The position numbers and the translations under genes are program-made. Shown piece after piece: positions 6,928-14,333 of a stretch of 32,000 nt of DNA (positions are counted from its first letter, which is position 1; each line of letters starts with the position of its first letter). Below the pieces are notes generated by a model. It ran no database searches. It was not told where the DNA came from and was given only the letters and a program-made list of their open reading frames with translations. The stretch spans positions 1 to 32,000 of the forward strand of contig JBGAFW010000082.1 in NCBI GenBank assembly GCA_044227045.1, in the 5' to 3' direction. The stretch is from Labilithrix sp. GTDB taxonomy: Bacteria > Myxococcota_A > Polyangia > Polyangiales > Polyangiaceae.

Positions 6928-9141
6928 TCAGTGGCCGTGGAACTCGCGTGACTGCTTGATCACGAATTGGTTGTTCTCGAGGAACTTGAACTCGATGTCG
7001 AGGCTTCGCGGCTTCTGGTCGTCGATCCAGACCCAGTTGCAGTCGCCGTTGTAGTAGCCCGGCTTCACCTTGCAGTAGGCCTTCTCGACCGCTTTCCCGA
7101 GCTCGACGACCTGGCTCATCTTCGTGTCGTCGAGGACGCTCGAGGTGAGCTTCGGGCCGTTCGCGACCGGCGTGGCGTAGCGGACGAGCGTGAAGCGCGT
7201 CGGGCGATCGTCGCCGCTGAACGTCGCGAGCGTCATCTGTGAGATCGTGCCCGGGTCGGGGTTCGTGACCAGGTTGTTGTCTTTCTGCAGCGACAGCGTG
7301 TACGCGAGGACGTCGCTGTTGATGGCGCGGGTGATGAGTACGCCGTTGGCGGCCACTTCGCTCTCCGTGTCGTACGCGGGCACGATCGCGATGCCCATGC
7401 TGACGGTCTCGTGATCGAGGCGGGCATACGAGCGCTCTTCGATCGCGCGGGTGTTCCAGAGGCTCGCGAAGACGCCTTTGATTCCGCACTGCGGGGTCTT
7501 CGGCTTGATCTCGAGCTTCGTGACGACGCCGTCCGGCTCCTCTTCGATGTGACAGCTCATCTCGGGGTTGTCGACGCTCGAGAGCTTCACGCTGAAGCTG
7601 TCGTGGAGGCCTGCGCCGTCGAAGTTCGGGATGTCTTCTGCGTTCGCGCTCGAGCGGAACTTCATCTTCTCCATCTGCGGCTCGAGCTGCTTCAGCTTCG
7701 CGACCTGTGCGTTGACGGCGGCGAGCTGGGCGGCCGGGACCTTCGACGTGTAGAAGAGCTGCTGCACCGCGAGGCTGAGCGTCTTCCGCTCGTTCGGCGA
7801 GAGCGTGCCGGCCTTCTCCTTCGTGACGAGCTCGTCGATCTTCGCCTTGAGCGCGGTGTTCTCCGGCGCGTTGACGAAGTCGCGGTACCATTGCGTCGGG
7901 ATCGCGAAGCCGTTCGGCGTGAGGTCGTAGCCAACCTTGGCGCTCTGCGAGCCTGTTTGTGCCTTACGGCCGAGGACGCTGCGGTTCGAGAGGAAGCCGA
8001 GCATCGCCGCCTTGCCGCCGAAGCGGTTGCCGTTCTGCGTGCACGCCGTCGTGAGCGTCTTGCACATGTCGTCGTACCACACGAGGTTCGGCTCGTTGAC
8101 GGCGGGCAGGGGCTGCCAGGGCTTGTTCGTACGGTCGTGGAGCTTTTGCTGCACGATCGCGTCGGTGGTCGCTTCGATCGTGTAGCCCGACTTGCCGACG
8201 ACGAGGTGAACCGGCTTGTCCTTGAACGGCGCGAGCTGCGCGTTCGTCGGCGAGGCGTCGCGCATCACCATGTTCGGCGTGCCGCGCTCCTTCGACTTCA
8301 GGTTCACGTGCGACGTGACATCTTGGTAGACCTTCGTGATCGTGCCGGCGACGACGGACAGATCGAGCGGAAGCTCATCGAACACGACGATGTCGGTCGG
8401 GCGGATCTCGCCGAGGTCCGTCGGGAAGATACGGAGGTAGCCCCACGCCTCTCCTGGATTCAGCGGGAGGTACTTCACGCTGCCGAGCACCTGATCGATC
8501 GTGAGCGCGTCGTAGCCGAGGGTCGCCAGCTGCGGCTTCACCGTCGCGAACGTCTGCTGCGGACCGCCCGACACCCAGGCCATCTTGGCGTTCGGGATCG
8601 CGATCGCCGACTTCAGCGTCTTGATCAGCTCCAAGATGCCTTCTTCGTGCGCGACGTCGTCGGGATAGAGCTGCACCGCGTAGGTGAGCTGCCCGTTGAT
8701 CTCGTAGGTCTGGATCGTGCCGGCGTAGTAGCGCTTCGCGTCTTGGAAGTAGGTGACGTCGTTGAAGTCGCCGTTCGACTCCGTGATGCCGAGCTGCTTC
8801 TTGGCGAAGTTGTAGTGGTACTTCGCGTATTCGGGTGTCTCACCGCCAACTTTGTAGTTGCCGTTGATGAAGTACGGCTTCTTGTGCGCCGGATCGCGCG
8901 CGTCGATGAAGAACTTCATCAGCCGTCCGGCCTGACCAAAGCCGCCGCCTTCGATCGAGAGCGACTTGTACGTCGCGGCGCTCTTGATCTTCGTCACCGA
9001 GAGTTGCGTCGACAGCTCGTCCTCGGTGTAGTCCGCGTCTTCCTCTTCGGTGTCGGATGCACAACCGATCGAGAGAGCAGAGGCCGTGAGCGCGAGGCTG
9101 AAGGTGAGGAGAAGCGAGCGGAGGAAAGTTCGGGGAGCCAT
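6928..9141 (-). CDS. Lipoprotein with a PEP-utiliser mobile (phosphohistidine) domain and a PPDK_N/ATP-grasp-type PEP/pyruvate-binding domain
   Basis: I place the start at ATG 9141..9139 (MAPRTFLRSLLLTFSLALTASALSIGC/ASD, lipoprotein signal). VVAGTITKVYQDVTSHVNLKSKERGTPNMV resembles the TSH..ARE.GIP swivel-domain motif. GGKAAMLGFL and KFRSSANAEDIPNFDGAGLHDS resemble the GGKxxxL and RSSxxxED...F.G motifs of PpsA/PPDK/rifampin-phosphotransferase N-domains. Confidence 0.85.
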   Translation of the reverse strand: MAPRTFLRSLLLTFSLALTASALSIGCASDTEEEDADYTEDELSTQLSVTKIKSAATYKSLSIEGGGFGQAGRLMKFFIDARDPAHKKPYFINGNYKVGGETPEYAKYHYNFAKKQLGITESNGDFNDVTYFQDAKRYYAGTIQTYEINGQLTYAVQLYPDDVAHEEGILELIKTLKSAIAIPNAKMAWVSGGPQQTFATVKPQLATLGYDALTIDQVLGSVKYLPLNPGEAWGYLRIFPTDLGEIRPTDIVVFDELPLDLSVVAGTITKVYQDVTSHVNLKSKERGTPNMVMRDASPTNAQLAPFKDKPVHLVVGKSGYTIEATTDAIVQQKLHDRTNKPWQPLPAVNEPNLVWYDDMCKTLTTACTQNGNRFGGKAAMLGFLSNRSVLGRKAQTGSQSAKVGYDLTPNGFAIPTQWYRDFVNAPENTALKAKIDELVTKEKAGTLSPNERKTLSLAVQQLFYTSKVPAAQLAAVNAQVAKLKQLEPQMEKMKFRSSANAEDIPNFDGAGLHDSFSVKLSSVDNPEMSCHIEEEPDGVVTKLEIKPKTPQCGIKGVFASLWNTRAIEERSYARLDHETVSMGIAIVPAYDTESEVAANGVLITRAINSDVLAYTLSLQKDNNLVTNPDPGTISQMTLATFSGDDRPTRFTLVRYATPVANGPKLTSSVLDDTKMSQVVELGKAVEKAYCKVKPGYYNGDCNWVWIDDQKPRSLDIEFKFLENNQFVIKQSREFHGH

Positions 9142-9321
9142 GACGGTTGCGGTCAGTCTTGCAGCCAAGACGCGGCGCGCAACTACACAGGCGCACATTT
9201 GACGACCCTGGAATTTCGAAGCATCGCCCCGCCTAAAAACGCCGCAAAAATCGATGGATCGGCCAAATCCCTGGACGGCTCCGATCCAGGTTTTCGCGGG
9301 CTCCGCGCCGATTTTCGGGCG

Positions 9322-9926
9322 CCACTTCGGCAGAGGCCAAGTCACTCGCTCTGCCGAAGTCGCCTGCTACTTCGGCAGAGGCGAAGTCACCCGCTCTGCC
9401 GAAGTCGCCTGCTACTTCGGCAGAGGCGAAGTCACCCGCTCTGCCGAAGTCCCCCGCCACTTCGGCAGAGGCGAAGTGCTCTGCCGAAGTCGCCCGCTAC
9501 TTCGGCAGAGGCGAAGTCACCCGCTCTGCCGAAGTCCCCCGCCACTTCGGTAGAGGCGAAGTCAGCCGCTCTGCCGAAGTCGCCCGCTACTTCGGCAGAG
9601 GCGAAGTCAACCGCTCTGCCGAAGTCCCCCGCCACTTCGGCAGAGGCGAAGTGCCTGGGCCGAAGTCCCGCCACTTCGGCAGGCAGAGGCGAGTCGCCCG
9701 CTCTGCCGAAGTCCCCGCCACTTCGGTAGAGGCGTCAGCGCTCTGCCGAAGTCGCTCTCGCCGGCAGAGGCGAAGTCAACCGCTCTGCCGAAGTCCCTCG
9801 CCACTTCGGCAGAGGCGAAGTGAGCCGCTCTGCCGAAGGCCCGCAACTTGATCCTCTCGGGCGTCCACTTCGGCAGAGGCGAAGTCAACCGCTCTGTCGA
9901 AGTCCCCCGCCACTTCGGCAGAGGTC
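9322..9926. repeat. Tandem array of about 14 copies of a 45-bp self-complementary unit
   Basis: The unit is ACTTCGGCAGAGGCGAAGTCACCCGCTCTGCCGAAGTC(G/C)CC(T/C)GC(T/C)A. ACTTCGGCAGAG starts at 9324, 9369, 9414, 9459, 9499, 9544, 9589, 9634, 9673, 9720, ~9761, 9803, 9867 and 9912. ACTTCGGCAGAG and CTCTGCCGAAGT are exact reverse complements. Copies of 39, 40 and 47 nt break every reading frame. Confidence 0.95.
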
Positions 9927-9938
9927 GCGCTGCTGGTC

Positions 9939-10688
9939 TTACTTCACGATCGCGGCGACCGCTGCGGCGAGCGCCAACAGGATCGCGAGCACGATCGCGA
10001 GGAGCTTGATCGACGCCATCGTGCGCGGAGGGACCGCGCTCGACTGTACAGCCTTCGACTTCGTCTTCGCCTTCGGGCGCTCCTCGGCGATGTCGTCGGC
10101 GTCTTGCTCGCTCGCGTCGATGTCCTGCGACGTCGCGGCGATGCTGTCCGGGATCTCTTCGTTGTGCGCCTTCGCGCGCTTCTTCTTCTCTTCCGAGCGT
10201 GACGTGGCGGACGCAGGCGCCGCTTGAGGATTCTTGCGTGACGCAGGACCTGCCGCGCGGCCCTTCTTCGACTTCTGCTTCTGCCGCATCGCCGCGGCGC
10301 GCGGGCGCTGGCGCTGGCGCTTCGCCTCGAGCTTCGCGCGTTTCTTTTCTTTCTTCTTCGCGGCGCGTTCGTCGCGAGCCTTCTTCGCCTCCGCGAACGC
10401 GACGTGATCGAGCCGCTCGTCCGGGAGCTCCGGCTCGGGCTCGTCGTCGTCGTCGTCGTCGTCCTCCTCTTCACCGGGGAAGAGATCGTCGAGCCATCCT
10501 TCATCGAGCTCGTCGACGTTCGGATCGGAGGGCTCGGCGACGACGTTCGAAGCAGCGCCCGCGGGCTTGTCGTCCGTGGGATCGTCCGCTCTCAGCTTGG
10601 CGTTGGGCGGAGGTGGCGTGGCCCAACCATCCTCGAGCTCTTCGAGGAGGTCGCGTGAGCTATCCAGCCGGTTCCGTTCGGTCGCCAT
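9939..10688 (-). CDS. Highly charged, low-complexity protein with a C-terminal transmembrane anchor
   Basis: The ORF starts at ATG 10688. It has an acidic N-half (two E(D/E)GW motifs, a D8 run), a K/R-rich middle (AKKKEKKRAKLEAKRQRQR) and a C-terminal hydrophobic helix (IKLLAIVLAILLALAAAVAAIVK). It lies 38 bp downstream of the response regulator on the same strand. Confidence 0.7.
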   Translation of the reverse strand: MATERNRLDSSRDLLEELEDGWATPPPPNAKLRADDPTDDKPAGAASNVVAEPSDPNVDELDEGWLDDLFPGEEEDDDDDDDEPEPELPDERLDHVAFAEAKKARDERAAKKKEKKRAKLEAKRQRQRPRAAAMRQKQKSKKGRAAGPASRKNPQAAPASATSRSEEKKKRAKAHNEEIPDSIAATSQDIDASEQDADDIAEERPKAKTKSKAVQSSAVPPRTMASIKLLAIVLAILLALAAAVAAIVK

Positions 10689-10726
10689 GAGACGGGCAGG
10701 ACCGTACCGAAAAACGGGTGAAATTT

Positions 10727-11200
10727 CTATGTCGTGCTCGTGCTTCGTGGCGGATGCGTGAGCCGACCGACGATTCGGCGTACCAGCTCGGCGGGCAAGA
10801 TGGGCTTCACGAGAAAAGCATCGCAGCCCGATCTCCAGGCGTTCATGCGGTGCTGCTCTTCACTGAACCCCGTGATCGCCATCACGTAGATGTCCCGCGT
10901 CCGCGGATTTTCTTTGAGGCGGCGCGTGGCCGTCCATCCGTCGACGTTCGGCATCGCGAGATCCATGACGACGACCTCGGGTCCGGGCTCCTCGGCCTTC
11001 TTGATCGCCTCCGCGCCGTCATGGGCGACGATGACGCGAAAGCCCGCGAAGCGAAGGTAGTCGGCGTAGATGCGACGGGTGTCTTCGTAGTCGTCGACGA
11101 CGAGCACGAGCGGGACCTTGTTCGCGCTCGCGACCGGCGTCGCGGCGAGCATCGACGAGCTGGACCTTCTGTTTCGCAGGCGCGGCACTATCCCAATCAT
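10727..11200 (-). CDS. Single-domain CheY-like response regulator
   Basis: Receiver-domain signature: LVLVVDDYEDTRR..., VVVMDLAMPNVDGW (phospho-acceptor Asp), MAITGF, DAFLVKP. The start is ATG 11200 (or 11152); the ORF-track N-terminal extension is rejected. Confidence 0.85.
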   Translation of the reverse strand: MIGIVPRLRNRRSSSSMLAATPVASANKVPLVLVVDDYEDTRRIYADYLRFAGFRVIVAHDGAEAIKKAEEPGPEVVVMDLAMPNVDGWTATRRLKENPRTRDIYVMAITGFSEEQHRMNAWRSGCDAFLVKPILPAELVRRIVGRLTHPPRSTSTT

Positions 11201-11380
11201 GACGCTCGACGCGCGATCGGGAAATGAGGTTCTTCGCCGCGAGGAGAGGTGAGGAGAGGGTAGGCAGAGGTGAGGCCCCGCGGTGGTCCGCGATCTGAGG
11301 AGAAGACGTCGATCGCAGAGCCGCTGACCATGAACGGCACGAATGAGCGAGCCCTCGATAGCCACACCGCCGAGCGAGGC

Positions 11381-11455
11381 AGAAAAACAAAAAACAAAAA
11401 ATGCGGAAAAACAAAAAGCCACGAGGGCGAACCGGTCATCCGGTCGCCCTCGTGG
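11381..11455 (-). terminator. Rho-independent terminator for minus-strand transcription
   Basis: The hairpin at 11419-11455 is CCACGAGGGCGAACCGG-TCAT-CCGGTCGCCCTCGTGG (about 16 bp, one bulge). On the minus strand it is followed by CUUUUUGUUUUUCCGCAUUUUUUGUUUUUUGUUUUUCU (11418-11381). Confidence 0.8.
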
Positions 11456-13860
11456 GAGCTCGCTTTCCGTGGGGGAGCGTCTTAACCCATTGTGGATTCA
11501 TTGTCCGCCCCGTTGGACGTTGCACTGAGGAGGCCAATCCCGCCTGTGCCATCGTCGCATTCGTTGTTGGGTGCCTTCACTGCAATCCCGGTTATTCGCG
11601 TAACCAGAAGAGAGGAGGGTCGACGAAGCTATTCGCTGTCGTCAGCTTCAGCCGATCGCGATGTGGCGCACCTCTGGACCGGCGCCTTTTACGCGCCGAG
11701 GATGCTGACTCCCCGTGATCGTTCTCCGATCTTGTGGAGCCTTCACCAAACCGTGTCGACCTCTGACGTTCCCACTGTCGCCCGCAGGCACAGCCGAGTC
11801 GGAGTCCGTATCCGCCCGATCTGCTGTCCAGCAATCCAAAGCGTCTTGCGACGATTGAATTGAGGAGTTGACCTACGAGCCCGAGGACTTCTGCTTCGCC
11901 CGACCGGTGAAAGTCAGACGGGCATCAGCCCGAGAACGCCTTCTATCGTATTGAGAACCTGCAAGCCGAAACCTACAGGCCATGCACACGAAGACTTTTA
12001 AGAATCGTGCACACGCGCACTGTTTCGCCTTCTGCCCACTCACGATCCTCGTCAGAAGGATCTATGAGCTTCTTCCTGGCTAGCGCCCTCTCGTACCAAC
12101 AGGCCTTGCGACCTCCCGGTAGAAAAGACGCGCAATGCGTCCAACCGATGTCTGCCACCCAAACGACTTGCGTGCACCCGCACCTCGTGAGCTCCCAGCG
12201 TCTCTCCAGATTTTCACCTGGTGACCACCCCGCAGAGTCTTAGGCTCTGCGCAGTACGACTGGGGGACGGAACGTTTCACGGCGTTCCTCATGTCCGCTT
12301 CGGCGGATCGTCATCGCAACACTTCCTAACGGACTCGTGCTCGCTTGATCTTGCGATCCTCTGCGGCGCGAGCGTGGGCGTTTTCTTCCCACGGTGTTGA
12401 TGCGATCGAGCCTCTGACACTCCTGTCGTAATCTCCTCTGGTTCACCCTCCGCCTCGCTCGTCTTCACGAGCGCTGCGTCTTGGCCGTCCGTTCTTTCTC
12501 TCCCGATGCTGGGAGTTGAAAGGGTTCGTACGGGTCGGAGGATGCGGAGACCACCAAGACCACTCCTATCGCCATCTCGTGAAAGACGACGCTTCGTTGT
12601 GGCCCGGAATGCCTTCCACCGTTAGGGACTCTTCGTAGGATCCGGTGGTCCTTACAACCCCGGTCCCGCGACCCACTCACCACTTTTGGCGATGCGTGAA
12701 CCGCTGAATGACACTCTCGCGTCACCCTGAGCCTTCGTCGATTCTCTCCCGTCTTTACCGGTGAGATCGACTCGCGACTTCCTTTCACCCGACGCGCCCG
12801 CCGACGGTTTCACCCGCCGATTTTCGCTCCGAGCTAGATCCCTGTTCACTCGACCCTGGCCGCTCTTTTTGGAGCGCGTTTGCCGAGCTTATTCGAGACC
12901 AGTTATCGCCTAACGACTTCTGCAACTGCACTTCGACGTGCGGGCAACCTAACCCGGACTCTCTGATCCTCGCAGGGACGAAGGCCTCGACCTTCTTCCT
13001 TTTCTGAGCTCATCACGCCCTCTGCCTTGCGACAGCGGTGATGAGTGGCGAGCCGCGCTACGTCCGTTCGAGAAAACCCCAGTGTTGGTTCTTCTCGGTT
13101 ACCCGAGCTTGCCCAACCGTGATGCTCTCCCGCCCGCCCCACCATCTCGAGCTTGCGCCCGGGATGTGTAGTGAGGATTGACGTGCACGGGTCGAAGGAC
13201 CGAGCGAAGGACGCGTCCTCCGGTTCATTCGTACGATCTCTCGTGCGGATGCGGAGTGCATACGCTTTGTGGCGCATGCTGACGGCGTTCCCCTCCTCGG
13301 CGTCCTTCGGACATCCGCTGTCATCGGCGCGCCTGCTTGCAGAGGGGGATACCTCTGCCCGCATTCGGACCGACCAAGACCCTCTTTCCAACGACGACCC
13401 GCGAAGGTCGCCGCCTTTCAGAAGATCGGGATGCCTTTCCCCGTCACGACATACGAAGGAGTCTTTGATTGCGCGAAGAGGCTTGCACCTCTCCGGCCTT
13501 CGTACCGGCTCTCTCGCTCACGCCGCTCACACGTTGTTCCTTCTCGCGAAGGAGTCGTGCTTGTTGTTCGAGCATTGCAAGTGTCACGGTGCGGTCACCC
13601 GCTCCATCCGCGACTGTTCGAGAGTGCAGACGCCTTTGTGACTCGTTGGTACTTCCGCGCCTGGACCTGACGACCCAAGCACGCCACCGAGCTCGACCGA
13701 CTCAGCCGTCGACGGGAACAGATTGTCCCGCTCGCACTGATGCCAGTCGCAGCGCCTAGACGGCTTCTACGACCGAGAGCCCGCGGCCCGATGTGCCGCG
13801 AACTTCATGAGCGGTTTATGCCCGAACGCGTTTGGCCTCGCAACAAAATAAATCGCTGCT
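11400..13860 (-). ncRNA. Candidate large (~2.4 kb) structured non-coding RNA of unknown class; 5' end not defined
   Basis: No ORF exceeds 162 aa in any frame. Hand counts give ~60% GC, against ~67% in a coding sample. The + strand is ~62% pyrimidine in two 120-nt samples. Six GNRA-capped hairpins read on the minus strand, at 11842-11853, 12102-12113, 12347-12358, 13022-13035, 13478-13491 and 13538-13553. A sarcin-ricin-like GGUACGAGAGGG lies at 12086-12097. An intrinsic terminator marks the 3' end. I saw no universal rRNA motifs. Confidence 0.5.
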
Positions 13861-13871
13861 CAATCACTTTT

Positions 13872-13892
13872 TTATCCACAAGGTTATCCACA
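13872..13892 (+). promoter_or_regulatory. Two perfect consensus DnaA boxes (TTATCCACA) in direct tandem
   Basis: TTATCCACA at 13872-13880 and 13884-13892, separated by AGG. Confidence 0.75.
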
Positions 13893-13982
13893 GCGCGCGT
13901 CACATCGTGATCGCACGCGACGCACGCGGCGTCGTGTTTTTAGGCGAAATTCTGCGTGTGGCCGGTTCGGGATGCTGGCGCC

Positions 13983-14062
13983 TGTGGAAAACAATAACGT
14001 TTGATTGGTATCGCCAATCGAAACAATAGTGTTTGATTTTGATGATTGAAAACGTGATTGAG
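13983..14062. promoter_or_regulatory. AT-rich tract with an inverted DnaA-like box and GATTG iterons; possible promoter region or unwinding element
   Basis: TGTGGAAAA at 13983-13991 is the reverse complement of TTTTCCACA. GATTG occurs at 14003, 14044 and 14056, CAATC at 14015 and GATTT at 14034. GATTGG-N5-CCAATC is an inverted repeat. The stretch is far more AT-rich than its surroundings. Confidence 0.5.
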
Positions 14063-14234
14063 AGCGCGCGCCGTAACAAGACCGAAACAAAGCGCTAACC
14101 AAGAATTTTCAAGCGCTCACGCATGCACGCTGAGTCATGCGAACGACCCGCTCGAGGCCCACTGCGGCGGGTCACCTCTGCCATCTCGACACACGTGGAT
14201 CCCGCTTCGTGCGGTGGCGTGCGAGCGAGTGGGC

Positions 14235-14243
14235 TGTGGATAG
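14235..14243 (-). promoter_or_regulatory. DnaA-like box (CTATCCACA, 8/9 match)
   Basis: The + strand reads TGTGGATAG, about 90 bp upstream of the dioxygenase start. Confidence 0.35.
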
Positions 14244-14333
14244 ATGCCTCCGCGGGACTGTTCGCCGGGTGGAACAATCTGGTGCCTCTTGCGGCGCTTG
14301 TTTCAGAGGCGCCGAATCACCATCCTTGTCCTC

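Noticed and set aside
9142-9345. N-terminal extension of the 6928..9345 ORF (and similar extensions of 741..2222, 17794..18984, 18600..20516, 20327..23080, 10727..11422)
   Set aside because: The internal starts give canonical signal peptides or family N-termini and, in three cases, ATGA stop/start overlaps with the upstream gene. The extensions are low-complexity and overlap neighbouring features.
7411-9729. 772-aa plus-strand ORF
   Set aside because: It is a shadow ORF antisense to the well-supported PEP-utiliser lipoprotein gene. It is R/L/E/D-rich nonsense typical of high-GC antisense frames and runs on into the 45-bp repeat array.
9322-9926. Possible CRISPR array (regularly spaced short repeats)
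   Set aside because: The would-be spacers are themselves near-identical from unit to unit and are the reverse complement or continuation of the repeat. The unit is a 45-bp tandem repeat rather than repeat plus unique spacer, and no cas genes are in the window.
11400-13860. 23S or 16S rRNA gene (size and composition are rRNA-like, and one sarcin-ricin-like 10-mer is present)
   Set aside because: I could not find any other universal rRNA block on either strand, for example GACGGAAAGACCCC, CTCGATGTCGGCTC, GTGCCAGCAGCCGCGGTAA or TGTACACACCGCCCGTC. Sequence flanking the GUACGAGAGG match does not resemble 23S domain VI.
11400-13860. Group II intron, with or without a decayed reverse-transcriptase ORF
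   Set aside because: I saw no recognisable domain V (AGC...GNRA...ACGGUUC-type 34-mer) and no RT remnants such as YADD in any frame. This was by eye only; a covariance-model search is needed.
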